52,267 bases of DNA from a virus (lineage: Duplodnaviria > Caudoviricetes). The notes below the pieces were generated by a model, which ran no database searches, was not told where the DNA came from, and saw only the letters and a list, made by a program, of their open reading frames with translations. Location of the stretch: IMG/VR virus record IMGVR_UViG_3300012683_000011, positions 1 to 52,267 of that record. One strand, given 5' to 3'. Shown one piece after another: positions 26,248 through 37,900 of this stretch. The first letter of the stretch is position 1. Every line of letters starts with the position of its first letter. The translations under genes and the position numbers were made by a program.

Positions 26248-27294
26248 ATGCCCGCTTTATACGATGAAGTCGGTATTTATGATGAAGCCTTAGCTTACGA
26301 CACTGGCTACAGTGTTAGTACAACTCCAGCTATATTAGCTGGGACTTTATCATTATTCGCCCCAATAATAAATTTTGCCTATACGACAACCCCGAATGTT
26401 GTTAATGGTACGTCGTCACTATTTACACCAGCTATACAACTTGGTTACACAACTACACCAAATATAGTTGCTGGTACTTTTTCACTCCCTGTACCAGCAT
26501 TAGATTTTTCTACAATATCTGGCGCAACTTTAGTAGCTGGGTTATTTAGTTTACCGGCTGTAATTATTAGTACCGATCAAGTAATGAGCCCAGCAATTTT
26601 TGCTGGTACTTTCTCACTATTTGCTCCAGTTATTATAGTTCCAAATGCCCCATCCATCGGTACATTAAACCTTACCGCTTCATTATTAACTCCTACTATT
26701 AATTATGATCGTGTTTTACAGCCAGTTACTAAAATTGGGACTCTAAGTGTTATCGAGCCGGCTTTAGTTTATGATTATAGTTTCAGTGTTAATCGAGTAA
26801 ATGGAACTCTGTCACTGTTAACACCGGATATTAGTTTAATTAAATTAGTTACCCCAAATATTTTATCATTAACTGGCTCTTTATTTGCCCCTACTATTAC
26901 TGGAACGGCTATTGTAACGCCAAACGTAGTTACTGGTATTTTAACATTACCAGATGCTTTTGCTAATGTTGATACATCAATAATCAATAGCCAACTTACA
27001 TTAGTAGCTACTTTTAATTTACCAAATCCCATTCTTAGTGGTGATTGTTTAGTTGATATTATCTCTGATTTTATTCCTGGTAGTGACGGGGCATCCAGTA
27101 TATTTTACCCAAATGAACAACTTAATTTAAATTTACAACCAAATATTATAACACAAACTAATAATCCCATTCCGTTACTAGTTGGAATTTTCTCAATACA
27201 GAAACCTGTTTTTGCCCAAGACGAAGAGGCCGCGCCCGATTTTATTATTGGTATGAGTTTTGATGATAGATTGGTCTTGACTTCCATAGATTAA
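26248..27294 (+). CDS. repetitive fibre-like virion protein
   Basis: recurring TTP....GT.SL..P.I units. Confidence 0.65.
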   Translation: MPALYDEVGIYDEALAYDTGYSVSTTPAILAGTLSLFAPIINFAYTTTPNVVNGTSSLFTPAIQLGYTTTPNIVAGTFSLPVPALDFSTISGATLVAGLFSLPAVIISTDQVMSPAIFAGTFSLFAPVIIVPNAPSIGTLNLTASLLTPTINYDRVLQPVTKIGTLSVIEPALVYDYSFSVNRVNGTLSLLTPDISLIKLVTPNILSLTGSLFAPTITGTAIVTPNVVTGILTLPDAFANVDTSIINSQLTLVATFNLPNPILSGDCLVDIISDFIPGSDGASSIFYPNEQLNLNLQPNIITQTNNPIPLLVGIFSIQKPVFAQDEEAAPDFIIGMSFDDRLVLTSID

Positions 27295-27310
27295 ATGCTA
27301 CACGAGAATC

Positions 27311-27658
27311 ATGCGTAAGACATTTGAAGCTAGAATTGGTTCTAATTTTCGAGGCGAGATTCACCTTGAAAGAAACGGTAAATACTTTAATTGCTCTGGC
27401 GCTACTCTAGTAGAGTTTAGTTTAGTTGAGGTTGATAGAGTAACCCCGATTATTGGGCCTATTCATATCTCTGAAAATGACCCCAATAATAATTGGAGTG
27501 CTGGCATTATTATTTGCAAATTTCATAAGTCTGATTGGCCAGTCAGCCCCACTGTAAAGGAACACGAAGTTCTTTTACAAGTTAAAGTAATTTTAAATGG
27601 GGAGGATTATTTTTGGCCAGATGCGCTTGGGAAACTTCTTAATACGTCGTTAGGTTAG
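27311..27658 (+). CDS. virion accessory protein (BppU-like)
   Basis: beta-rich, 115 aa. Confidence 0.5.
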   Translation: MRKTFEARIGSNFRGEIHLERNGKYFNCSGATLVEFSLVEVDRVTPIIGPIHISENDPNNNWSAGIIICKFHKSDWPVSPTVKEHEVLLQVKVILNGEDYFWPDALGKLLNTSLG

Positions 27659-27660
27659 TT

Positions 27661-27876
27661 ATGGCTGATATTGATACGTTACGAATTGCTAAGAGCAATG
27701 TGATTGCTTTATTAGAGGAAATTTCACGGAGCCCTAAGCCTAACTATGACATAGATGGACAGGAAGTTTTATGGGCAGATTATTTCAAAATGCTTACTCA
27801 GCAGGTTGAAATGTTTAATACATTGATTCAGAGGGAAGATGACCCTCTCGAATTCATGAGTCAGATGTATACCTAA
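27661..27876 (+). CDS. head-tail adaptor (gpW-like)
   Basis: helix-YDIDGQEV-helix, 71 aa. Confidence 0.65.
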   Translation: MADIDTLRIAKSNVIALLEEISRSPKPNYDIDGQEVLWADYFKMLTQQVEMFNTLIQREDDPLEFMSQMYT

Positions 27877-27877
27877 C

Positions 27878-28279
27878 ATGGACTTAAAGAAATCAATTCA
27901 AGATGACTTCATGGTATTTGATGGGCTAACAAATTTAAAGTTGGCTCATGAAGATCAACTCGCTTCTATTGATTTCCAAAATGGTAAATACGATGCTAAT
28001 GTGTATACTATTGATGTTCCTGGGTGTTTGATTCGCCAGATGTCTGAACGACTTGTTGGTTCAGTTAGACAAATCTTTCAGCGTGGCATGTCAATTGGGA
28101 ATGATAATACTGATTTAGTAGATACAGTTATTGATGTTCCTAAAGCAAATGCCCCCAAAATAAATATTAATGACCAATTATGTGATGGTGAAAGGCAATG
28201 GCAAGTTCTTGGTGTTGATTTAGCAACTCTCGGAACTCGTATTCGTTGCGCTTGTCGTAGCTTGAAGAGTATAATGTGA
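27878..28279 (+). CDS. head closure/stopper protein
   Basis: position; PKI.D...DG..WQV. Confidence 0.6.
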   Translation: MDLKKSIQDDFMVFDGLTNLKLAHEDQLASIDFQNGKYDANVYTIDVPGCLIRQMSERLVGSVRQIFQRGMSIGNDNTDLVDTVIDVPKANAPKININDQLCDGERQWQVLGVDLATLGTRIRCACRSLKSIM

Positions 28280-28701
28280 GCTACGCGCTACCAAATCTAT
28301 CCACCGCTACTATGGAGAAGTGGTTAGAATCACGTATTAACGAACGATTTAATACACGCTTAAAACTTTTGCGGGAACAAGCTAAACAAGTTGTTATTCA
28401 ATTAATTGAAGTTGGGCCAAAGTACACTGGCGCATCTTCGGGTGTTCGTGGGCTATTTCCTATTTATAAAAGTCATCCGGCTTATGGAATGACTATTGGC
28501 AATATTTTAAATGGCGGCGATTCTGGTTGGCAAATAAACGAAACAGCTCGGCGTAAAGATACTGTGGTATCACTTATTATTTCTAACCCAATGTGGGAAC
28601 ATTATTTAAAATATGTGAATGCTGGGGAAGCTCCAAAGGCTTTCGCTTCATCGCATAATTTTGTACGTAAAGCTTGGTTAATTTATAAAGCGGCTCGATA
28701 A
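28276..28701 (+). CDS. neck/tail completion protein (HK97 gp10-like)
   Basis: position; PKYTG...W...Y..YVN.G. Confidence 0.6.
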   Translation: MSYALPNLSTATMEKWLESRINERFNTRLKLLREQAKQVVIQLIEVGPKYTGASSGVRGLFPIYKSHPAYGMTIGNILNGGDSGWQINETARRKDTVVSLIISNPMWEHYLKYVNAGEAPKAFASSHNFVRKAWLIYKAAR

Positions 28702-29165
28702 TGTTTCCAGACGAACGGCAAATTAATGCGGTTCTTTATGAATTAGTTCATAAAGCTTATGATGTTACTTGTATTATACACGGCGTCCCGTATCCGACAG
28801 GTAAAGAAGAATGGATTAAGTTTACTCCATTATCTTTTGTTAAAAATCCTTCTAGACGGGGCGATATTAGTCAACGTGTGTATGTTGAAATTACTTGCTA
28901 TTCTTTATTAGCTACCTATCGTAAAGATAAGCGGTATGATAGACAATGGGAATTAGCAAAGATGTATGCTGATTTATTTGACCAGCAAGATATACAAGTA
29001 GAAACTTCTTGCATATCATTTAAAGAGCCTAGGAAAGTATATCTGGATCTTAGATCGACTGGCGATTTTGCCGGCCCTATCAAACAAACTTCTCCACAAT
29101 TAAACGTCGATGCCGTTCTAATAGAAATAGAAGGCGACTTAATCCAACCGAAAGGGATAGAATGA
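28701..29165 (+). CDS. tail terminator
   Basis: position immediately before the tail tube gene. Confidence 0.55.
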   Translation: MFPDERQINAVLYELVHKAYDVTCIIHGVPYPTGKEEWIKFTPLSFVKNPSRRGDISQRVYVEITCYSLLATYRKDKRYDRQWELAKMYADLFDQQDIQVETSCISFKEPRKVYLDLRSTGDFAGPIKQTSPQLNVDAVLIEIEGDLIQPKGIE

Positions 29166-29671
29166 CACAGCAGGTTAGAAATTTACGCCATGGGAAGGTG
29201 ACTGTTAAAGATGGTTCTGGAACCCCCAAGGTATTAGAAATCGCCCCAATGAAGGGTGATTTAAAGTTTGATGAGCACTCTAAAACTCAGATTGTTATGA
29301 ATCGTGGCCGACTTGATAGTCGTATTGAGGGCGATCAGGAACCTATTAATATTACTTTCCAGGTTCAGTTTGCACAGTGGAGTTATGCGAATGCTGGTGT
29401 TGGTGTTTCGCCGCGTGATGCTATTCATGGTCCAGAAGCCCCTCCGGCAACTAATAGTGCTCAAGCTTGGGTTTCCGTTAATCCTTGCGGTCCTTATGCA
29501 GTTGATTTATTCTTTGATATCGCTAATCCTTGCGATCCGGGTAAGGCTGAGCATTTAGTTTTCCGCAATTTCCACGCAGATTCAATTGGGTTTGCTGAAG
29601 GTGATCCGGCGAATATGCTTACCGTTACTGGTACCGCATTCGTTATTTCGCCCGAGCGTTCTTACAACTAA
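29162..29671 (+). CDS. major tail (tube) protein
   Basis: position, size and high-expression codon bias. Confidence 0.7.
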   Translation: MTQQVRNLRHGKVTVKDGSGTPKVLEIAPMKGDLKFDEHSKTQIVMNRGRLDSRIEGDQEPINITFQVQFAQWSYANAGVGVSPRDAIHGPEAPPATNSAQAWVSVNPCGPYAVDLFFDIANPCDPGKAEHLVFRNFHADSIGFAEGDPANMLTVTGTAFVISPERSYN

Positions 29672-29688
29672 CACGCAAAGGAGCCACT

Positions 29689-30132
29689 ATGCGTATTGCC
29701 GATAAGGTTTTGAATACTAGAGAATATCGTGAGGTTACTTTAAAGAGAGCTTCTGGGGATTTAAAGATTAAAGTCTTTAGTTTTCCTCTTGGATTAAAGC
29801 AAGCTTTTAATAAATTAATCCCTAAGCCTCTACCACCGGTTACTTCTACAAATACTGGTTCTACTCCAAATTATAATGATCCTCTTTGGCAAAAAGCCAT
29901 TGAGGATTATAATGATCTTGAAAAGTATTTCCAGCTTTGGATTGTAACTAAAGATGATGAAACTATTAAGTACGATAATACCCCAGTTAATCAAGCATCT
30001 TTGAGTGCATTACGTGAAGAAATTATTAGCTCTGGTTTAAGCCCCGGGGATTATAATAATATCATCACAGCTGCTGTTGCTGCTGGTAATATCACTGAAG
30101 AAGACGTTACTGAGGCAAAAAAGGGTTTTTAA
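29689..30132 (+). CDS. tail assembly chaperone (gpG-like)
   Basis: between tail tube and TMP; ends in slippery sequences. Confidence 0.8.
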   Translation: MRIADKVLNTREYREVTLKRASGDLKIKVFSFPLGLKQAFNKLIPKPLPPVTSTNTGSTPNYNDPLWQKAIEDYNDLEKYFQLWIVTKDDETIKYDNTPVNQASLSALREEIISSGLSPGDYNNIITAAVAAGNITEEDVTEAKKGF

Positions 30133-30380
30133 TTGATCGACAAGCCGCTACATTAGGCGATGCTCACAATGTTTCGTTCGATGTAGAAGAAAAGTTACCT
30201 TCTGGTAGAACTCAAAGATATTTAATCCTACGAGTCTGTGAAAGATTCTCTCAGAAGTTATCTTGGTTTTACGAGGAACTTAGCCGGAGCGATCAAATAG
30301 ACTTTCTCGCATACGAAGAAATTCGACACATTGAAGAGTTTGAGATAATTAAATGTCAGATCCAATCTTCACTGAAATAA
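30117..30380 (+). CDS. -1 frameshift extension of the tail assembly chaperone (gpT-like)
   Basis: A AAA AAG (30117-30123) and G GGT TTT (30123-30129); -1 frame open to TAA at 30378-30380. Confidence 0.8.
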   Translation, partial: KKGFLIDRQAATLGDAHNVSFDVEEKLPSGRTQRYLILRVCERFSQKLSWFYEELSRSDQIDFLAYEEIRHIEEFEIIKCQIQSSLK

Positions 30381-33300
30381 TTGAACTACAATTATCTTCG
30401 GAAAAAGCATTAAATGATTTAAAAACTTTTACCAAAAGTGTTACTGCTGAAGTAACGTCGATGGTAAAAGGATCTAAAGATCAAGTAACAGCTTTAACAA
30501 TTGGGCTCGCGGATGCCTATGCTGTTCTTGCTAATAGATTACGGCAAGAAACATTGAATGAGTTGGTATCATTAATTGATGTCAGAACCCAACAAGATAA
30601 TAATTTAAAGGCTGTTATAGCTGGGGATAAGGAACGCACAGCCGTTCGCCGCGCAATGTATGCTGATGAACAGCGTATGGCGCAGGAGAATCAAACTTAC
30701 GAACGCCGTATATTAGAAGATAATCTTCGAGCTAATATAGCCGCCGATAAAGAAAAAGCGGCTGTTCGTAGAGCAATGTATGCTGATGAACAGCGCCACA
30801 AGAACTCAATAATTCCACCAGGCTCTAATAATGCTGGCGGTAAATTTAATCCTTCCGCGCGAAACGTTCTTCGTGGGGGCGCAGCATTAGCAGGGACATT
30901 CGGTAACTTCCAATTAGCTGCTGGTATTTATGGGCTTGAGCGTACTACAGAACTTGCTGGAGTCGCTGAACAAAGTATTCTAAAACTTAGCAGCACTTGG
31001 TATATACTCGGCGGGGCAATGGCCGCCGTGGCCGCTGGTGTAGCGGTTGCTTTTAAAGGGAATCCTTTAGATAAAGCGGTGGCAGAATTATCTGCCCTTC
31101 TACCACAAATAAATAATACAAAAGGTAAACTAGATGAATTAGCTGAGTCCGCCGTATCTATCTCAGCAAAATTCAATGTCAATGTAATGGATGTTATAAA
31201 GGGATTTAAAGAATCCCTTGTAGCTGGCGTCCCTGTCGAGGAATTAGTAGCGTTTACAAATAAGACAGGTGAATTATCTAGGACTCTCGGAGTATCATTT
31301 AAAGAATCTTCAAATATTCTTACATCATTTAAAGATCAATATAAATTATCTGTTGATGATTTGGGGCATGTTAACGATGTCTTGTTCAACACGTTCCGTA
31401 ATGGAAAGATAAATGTTGAAGAATTCGTTAACGGTATTGAGCGCTTAATTCCTGTTTCAAAAGCTGCTGGTATTTCCTTCGAGGAAATTGGCGCTGCGGT
31501 TGCTACTCTAACAAGAGAAGGCATTCCAACTAACTTAGCTATCAATGGTTTAATGACAACCATTGAGAAGGTTATTAAGCCATCTTCTCAAGCGCAAAAA
31601 GAATTTAAAGCTCTTGGGATTGAGTTTGGTGAAGCAGCATTCCGTGGTAAATCATTAATAGATTTCATTAATGAAGTTCAAGCTAAGACTGGCGGCGGGC
31701 TTGATGCCTTGAGCGCCCTGTTCCCCGCTAGACAATCGCAACGAATTGTTTCGACATTAACAAATGCGAGGGATGTTTTCGGGGAAATTAATTCTAAGAT
31801 AGATCAAGGTGGCACGAATCAGCAAGCTTTTAACCAATCCATGAATACATTCGGGCAGAATATTGGTAAGATTACTGAAGCATTTTCTGGTGGTTTAGAC
31901 TTAGCTGGGCGTGATACTTTACATAGACTGAACGAAATATTCTTTGGGGACGGGCCAATTTCGGAAAGTACACTTGCGGGTGTTACTAATGCTGTTCGTA
32001 CTCTTGCATCAGCATTTGGGGCTGTAGCTACTACACTAGCTAATATTGCATCAATACCAATTACAGTTTTCCAAGCTGCAACTGATTGGTTAGAAGAAGG
32101 CAATGAAACAGGGTCATATGCCAAGGGGCCATTATCTCCAGATATATTAGCTCGTCGTAAACATATGGTTAAACCGGTACCAAAATATGTTGATTCTGGC
32201 AGTTCATTAACAACTCCATGGGGTAATAAAGGTGGTTCAGAGAGTGATGAAGCTGTGGAATCTAAGTATGAAGCTCATTTAGCTAAGATTCAAGAGAAGT
32301 TAATTGCTACGAATGCCTCCCCAAAACAAAAAGATCGCTTAAAAGAATTGAAAGAAGAGTTAGAAGAATTAGATTTAAAGGCAGAGCATACTAAAGAACA
32401 ACTTAGTAAGGTTGTCGCTGGCTCTGAAGAAATGGTTGACTATAAGAGGAAGGCAGCTAATTTTGAGATTCCTCAATATGGAGTTGGTAAAACCCCACAA
32501 CAATTAGTTACTGATGAGTTTAATAGAAGTGTAAATACTAAATATGAAGCTACTGGTCTTGATGAACAAATTAAGACCAAGCGTGATGAATTAACGGAAT
32601 TGAAAAAGCAAATTACTGACCAGGGGGATTACGGTAATTTTAAAGATACTATGAAGATTGCTGAGTCTTCGACTAAAGAATATATTAAAGAAGAAGTAAA
32701 GAAGAACGCGGAGTTAAAGAGACTTGATAAAGAATTGGCTGACCATGCTCTTGCTGAATACGAGAAAGAAGTCACGGCGTATGAGCGTATACAGGATCGC
32801 AAATTAAAAGCTGCTCAAAGAATAACGAATGAAATTGAACGCGCTGAGGAACGCCACCAAAAGCGCATGGAAGATATTCAAGACCAATTAAATACTACGA
32901 TTCTTAGCAAAGAAAAAGATCCTCGGCGTCAAAAGAATATTGCCGATAATCAACTCCAATCTGCTCAATCCGCTATTCAATCATATGTTGATAGTGGTAA
33001 TGTTAACGAAAAAGATTTCACCGCTTTTATGAGAACATTCGATCAAGCATCTAAAGCGAAGCAATCTGCTATCGAGGCAGATACTAGAGATTCTCGCCGT
33101 GCGGGAAATTCTCGCGAGTCTGATTTAATGCTTGAGAAATCTTTTGAGAATGCTTTTAATGCGACATTTAAAAAGATTGGATTAGATGAGCTTGATTCTT
33201 CTAATCGTAAATTAACGGCTAATCGACCAAGCGTTGGGGATGCTGTTAAGAAATCTCTTAATGACGAGAACACCAAGAGAACAATAGAAGAACGGGTAAT

Positions 33301-33472
33301 TAAATCAAAAGTAGAATTGTCTATTACCGGGAATATTCCACAGGAAACAATCGAGAAGATCACTAAATCTGTTAAGGATGCTTTGGATAGGGATAAAACT
33401 AACCAAACAGATACACCTAAGTTTGCTCCTGAGTCTTTTAGTACATCAGTTAGAGAGCCTGGCGAAGAATGA
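30353..33472 (+). CDS. tape measure protein (TP901-like core)
   Basis: 1039 aa, helical; LIPVSKAAGISFEEIGAAVATLT core. Confidence 0.92.
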   Translation: MSDPIFTEIIELQLSSEKALNDLKTFTKSVTAEVTSMVKGSKDQVTALTIGLADAYAVLANRLRQETLNELVSLIDVRTQQDNNLKAVIAGDKERTAVRRAMYADEQRMAQENQTYERRILEDNLRANIAADKEKAAVRRAMYADEQRHKNSIIPPGSNNAGGKFNPSARNVLRGGAALAGTFGNFQLAAGIYGLERTTELAGVAEQSILKLSSTWYILGGAMAAVAAGVAVAFKGNPLDKAVAELSALLPQINNTKGKLDELAESAVSISAKFNVNVMDVIKGFKESLVAGVPVEELVAFTNKTGELSRTLGVSFKESSNILTSFKDQYKLSVDDLGHVNDVLFNTFRNGKINVEEFVNGIERLIPVSKAAGISFEEIGAAVATLTREGIPTNLAINGLMTTIEKVIKPSSQAQKEFKALGIEFGEAAFRGKSLIDFINEVQAKTGGGLDALSALFPARQSQRIVSTLTNARDVFGEINSKIDQGGTNQQAFNQSMNTFGQNIGKITEAFSGGLDLAGRDTLHRLNEIFFGDGPISESTLAGVTNAVRTLASAFGAVATTLANIASIPITVFQAATDWLEEGNETGSYAKGPLSPDILARRKHMVKPVPKYVDSGSSLTTPWGNKGGSESDEAVESKYEAHLAKIQEKLIATNASPKQKDRLKELKEELEELDLKAEHTKEQLSKVVAGSEEMVDYKRKAANFEIPQYGVGKTPQQLVTDEFNRSVNTKYEATGLDEQIKTKRDELTELKKQITDQGDYGNFKDTMKIAESSTKEYIKEEVKKNAELKRLDKELADHALAEYEKEVTAYERIQDRKLKAAQRITNEIERAEERHQKRMEDIQDQLNTTILSKEKDPRRQKNIADNQLQSAQSAIQSYVDSGNVNEKDFTAFMRTFDQASKAKQSAIEADTRDSRRAGNSRESDLMLEKSFENAFNATFKKIGLDELDSSNRKLTANRPSVGDAVKKSLNDENTKRTIEERVIKSKVELSITGNIPQETIEKITKSVKDALDRDKTNQTDTPKFAPESFSTSVREPGEE

Positions 33473-34326
33473 AACCACCATACCAAGTTTCTTTTTGGGC
33501 TCCTTTTAATGTAGCATTAGTAGATGCTACTCATTCCATTACTTTGAAAGCCCCTGAGATTGGCAACACTGATAAAAAAGCTCGTAATCAGTTACAGCAA
33601 CGTACACGTTCTGGTGTAACTACTATTATCGATCGTGGGCGAGATTATAACACTGAAAAGAAATTTCAGTTTCGTAATATTACTACTTTAGATATGTCAT
33701 CTTTAAATGTGTTCCTCGCCGCTATCCAATGGGGAAGCACAATAATTAAATACCGCGATTATAATGGGGTTGAATATAGCGGGCGTATGCAATCTACGTC
33801 GCTTCAATTTATTGATCGTGGGTATATTACAAAAACTAACCCTACTACTGATAATCTATTGTGGGACTTCGATCTTGACTTTCTGGATTTAACGGATAAC
33901 ACAAGTGCATTATTAGAGAATGTCGAGGTACCAGTGGGTAGTCCTTTATCCTTACATTTAGCTGATTTTAATAGCCCGCATAATCCACGAGTTAGAATTA
34001 ATCTTAGTTCTGGCGATGGGGCTAAGATCATAGAGCAGTTCTTTGTGGATGATTGGAATGCTATTTGTTGGATTATCTCTTGTTGGAATACTAATAATGC
34101 CAAGAAAGCTTTCTTCTTTGTTTCAGTAACACACGATGGGACCCCTACATCGGATGCAACTGCTGTTAATACAACTGTGGAAGTTTTAAATGACCCTGAT
34201 GGATTATACTCTGATCTTACAATTCTAACACAAGTAACTGGGGCGGGGCTTACGCAAGTTATACAATTAGTTATGTCGTCGACTACTAATGGTAATAAGA
34301 TTGATGCTCGTAGGATTAAGTTATGA
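33469..34326 (+). CDS. distal tail protein-like
   Basis: immediately follows the TMP. Confidence 0.6.
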   Translation: MKPPYQVSFWAPFNVALVDATHSITLKAPEIGNTDKKARNQLQQRTRSGVTTIIDRGRDYNTEKKFQFRNITTLDMSSLNVFLAAIQWGSTIIKYRDYNGVEYSGRMQSTSLQFIDRGYITKTNPTTDNLLWDFDLDFLDLTDNTSALLENVEVPVGSPLSLHLADFNSPHNPRVRINLSSGDGAKIIEQFFVDDWNAICWIISCWNTNNAKKAFFFVSVTHDGTPTSDATAVNTTVEVLNDPDGLYSDLTILTQVTGAGLTQVIQLVMSSTTNGNKIDARRIKL

Positions 34327-34562
34327 AACTTATCTTACCAATAATTGTTACTACCAGAAATCCTGGTGTCGGAGATAATAAAACTAAAGGTAATTTGCCA
34401 GGGCAGTTTTGGGTTAATAATTATTCTAATCGTTTGTTTGTTTGTTTATTAGATGGTGTTTGGGCTGAGCAAACTACATCATTAACTTATAGTGAAACAA
34501 TTTTACCATCACTTCTTGGCGGTGTTTTCTCTACACCCGCTGTAACCGTTACTGTAGTGTGA
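34323..34562 (+). CDS. small tail-associated protein
   Basis: P...D...GQFWVN...FVC...W motif typical of fibre joints. Confidence 0.5.
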   Translation: MKLILPIIVTTRNPGVGDNKTKGNLPGQFWVNNYSNRLFVCLLDGVWAEQTTSLTYSETILPSLLGGVFSTPAVTVTVV

Positions 34563-34569
34563 GGATTTT

Positions 34570-34962
34570 ATGGATGAAGTTGTTACCCCAATTATTCAAT
34601 CTTTAGCTGAGAAAAGTGGCTATGTTGCTTTACTTTTAGGGGCTGTTTGGTGGCTACTTAAACGAGATGATAAGAGTGATAAAAAGAATGAAGAGTTAAT
34701 TAAAGCTTCTCAAGATAAATGCGCCACTGAGAATGCGGAATTAAAAAAGAAAGTCGATGCGGCTTCCGGGGAGCATAAGGCTTTATTAGGCGGATTACTA
34801 ATGGAGAATCATAAAACGAATGCTGCTTCTAATCAATTAGGCAATCGAATGATGGATTTCATGGAAGAGTCTAAGGATGAATTGAAGCAACATAGGGAAG
34901 AATTAGCTAAGCATCGTGAAGTAACTGCTGAAACATTGAGCGTGTTACGAAAGCTTAAATGA
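34570..34962 (+). CDS. single-TM coiled-coil protein (holin-like)
   Basis: GYVALLLGAVWWLL followed by a coiled coil; GAGG RBS. Confidence 0.5.
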   Translation: MDEVVTPIIQSLAEKSGYVALLLGAVWWLLKRDDKSDKKNEELIKASQDKCATENAELKKKVDAASGEHKALLGGLLMENHKTNAASNQLGNRMMDFMEESKDELKQHREELAKHREVTAETLSVLRKLK

Positions 34963-37900
34963 GGGCTTTAGCCAAATTATATAATCAGATACAACAACAA
35001 CAACCAGTTTTAATTGTTGTTTGTTTTGATTCACTCACTAGAACTCCGCAATATTGTTTGATACAAGAAAATCCAACCGAAGTATCGGAAATTACTTTCG
35101 GGGATCTATCTTTACCAACAATTGGGGCTTTAGATACTGTTCAATTAGATACTAATACTCCTAGCAATGGCGGCGGGCTAATTCGTCGGCAGGGTAGTTT
35201 AGTAATTAATTCCAGGGATGCTAATGGTATTCCATTTAATTTAGATCCATTTAATAAAAAATTCTATAGTACAGGGGTAAGGTATCAAGATTTTTATTTT
35301 GGTATTTGGGTTATTGATCGTGCATTTATTAATGATGATATTCGCGGTGGTATGTTTCTTGGGTACTACCAAATCCAGCCAACAATAAACTGGACTGAAG
35401 ATCAAGTAAAAACAACTGTACCTATATTTGATATTCTTACATTAGAAGATGGTATAATTGGGGTATCTTTCGTTCGTAATTTCTTGGGTAATCTGGTAGA
35501 GGAACCAGTAGCATTACCAGCTATGCGGTTATTTAACCCGTGGATTACTAAATATGTTGTGCCTAAAGTTTATGGTCAAGTAGAACGTATAAAATTAGTA
35601 AATGATTTCCCCTCATTTAGTCTCAAGCAATTATCACAATTAATTTCTGGTAGACTACAAAGAGACTTTTTATTAACTGATACAAATATTAAATTACAAT
35701 TAGCAGAATTAGATATAGGTACAACTCAATTAAATCAATTAGTTGGGTATAGAGTCCGTATTAAAATTGGTACTACCGGCGAAGTTATATTAGGGGATGT
35801 TAGTACCGGCCTTGTAGCTGGTGTAGTAGATCCACGTCTACCAATATATTTAATAAATATTACTCGTAATGTTTATTATGCGAAGAGTAATGGGTATACT
35901 TATGCCCCTGGGTTTATTCCACAAGTTAATGGTGGCGCTGGGAATCCTATTCCAGCTAATTTCAGTTTCACAGCATCAGTAATATTCAATGGGCGTAATT
36001 TAATTCAAGATGCTAATGGGTATATGCAAGCCCAGATAAACTTTTTTGATAATGCAGTTACTGGTAAAGATGTATTTTATACAGTACAGACAAAATTAAA
36101 TGGTTGGCAAGACCAAAAATTAAATATAGTTAATCATGCACGTTGGGAAAAAACAAGTATACCAACTTATTCTGGCGATACTAATGCTGGTTTATCTGGA
36201 CAATTCCAGGGGACACCAACTGTCGCTAACCCTATTTTAAGTACAAGTTGGACACCCGGTGTTTATCTTTATTTTAAATCAGTTCCTACTGATGTATTCT
36301 TTTGGTTTAACCCTGCCACCATTGGTACACAAGCAACAGCAACAGCAACTTTAACTTCTGGCGCTTTAACTTCTGTAACAATAACTAGTGGTGGTACTGG
36401 ATATTCCGAGCCACCTAAAGTTAGAATAATTGGCGTACCAACTGGACAAGTCGCTGAAGCCGTAGCTATTATTACCGCCGGTGTTGTCACGGCGATCAAT
36501 GTTACGGTCCCTGGTTCCGGTTATACAGCAACTCCAATAATTCAATTAGTCGGTGGGCAGGGGGGAGAATACGATGCATTCTTTGGCGACCCATGGAGTC
36601 TCGTAGCTATTGAAGCGACTGGCGCTGGTAATTCACGCTGCTTTATTCAGAATGGATATTCTCGTTTCGATAACGATCATATCTATACTGAAGGCGAAGG
36701 TAGTTTAATCAAAATACCTAAAGCTAACATCGTAGCTATTTATCAAAATGCTGGATATAGCACTGTTGAAACTACAGGTGGCCCATTCGCTCGGATCGAA
36801 TTAACAACACCACCGCTTGATATGAATATTGGGGCTACTTCTAATATTGTTTATGCTGATGCTATGTACGTTAATTTAGTGGATGGAGCCAGGACTGAAA
36901 AAATTATTAACGAGATACTGAAAGATTCTGCCTTATTAAAATATTTTGCTGATGATACAATTACAGCTTTGAATATACCATATGCGCTTACTCCATGGGT
37001 TCCATATATAGGTATATTAACTGATGGTTCAGAATCAGTTACTGCATTATTAGATAGAATTTTATTCCAGGTAGCTAAAACTTTTCGCTATCGTGGTAGT
37101 ACATTCTATATAGATAATACCGGTAGACCATTACATAATGATTTTACTGCCTCTGTTTTATATCAAGGTGACCTAGCTGGAGCACACCCATATGATCCGC
37201 CAGCAATTAATTATATTAAGTTACCATACACGCATGTAGATAATTCTATTTACATTGAGAATAGTTGTGAAATTTCCATTGGAAAAATGAACACGGTAGA
37301 TTACCCTATCAGCCAGGCTAGTGGAGTTTATGATTATACTAAGGTCGATCAAATCGTAATAGATTTAACTTATGATTATGGCTCTTGGCAAGATCCTAAT
37401 TATAAGAAACAGGGTAATAGTGACCATGTCCCCTTGAAATACGGGCGTAAATTTAGATACGCTTTTGATCTAATTCAAGATAGTAATGATTTAAGTATCG
37501 CTGGTATCGCCGGGGGTTATGTAGGTGGGGCTTGGGGCCTTAATGTAACAGAGAAAACTTATTCATTTAAGACAACTCTTTATGGTATGGCTTACGAAGC
37601 ACTAGACCCATTAGTGTTAAAAGATTTCCCAGTAATTTCAGATGCAATACCAAAATTAACATATACTGTAGTAGCTGGTATCTTGGTACAAGATAACCCT
37701 CCCAAACCATATAAGTTAATTTTAGAGGATACGGATGATGGTCATTACATGGTTAGAGCTGATGGTATTAGATATGTCACTGGCCCATTAGTTCAAGTTT
37801 ATAGTACCTCAGCAATATTTTCCCTCTCTTCACAAGAAATAAAAATAATTACTAAACAAGCTCAAAGCTTAGTTAGTTTATCTATATCAAATGGTGGAAC

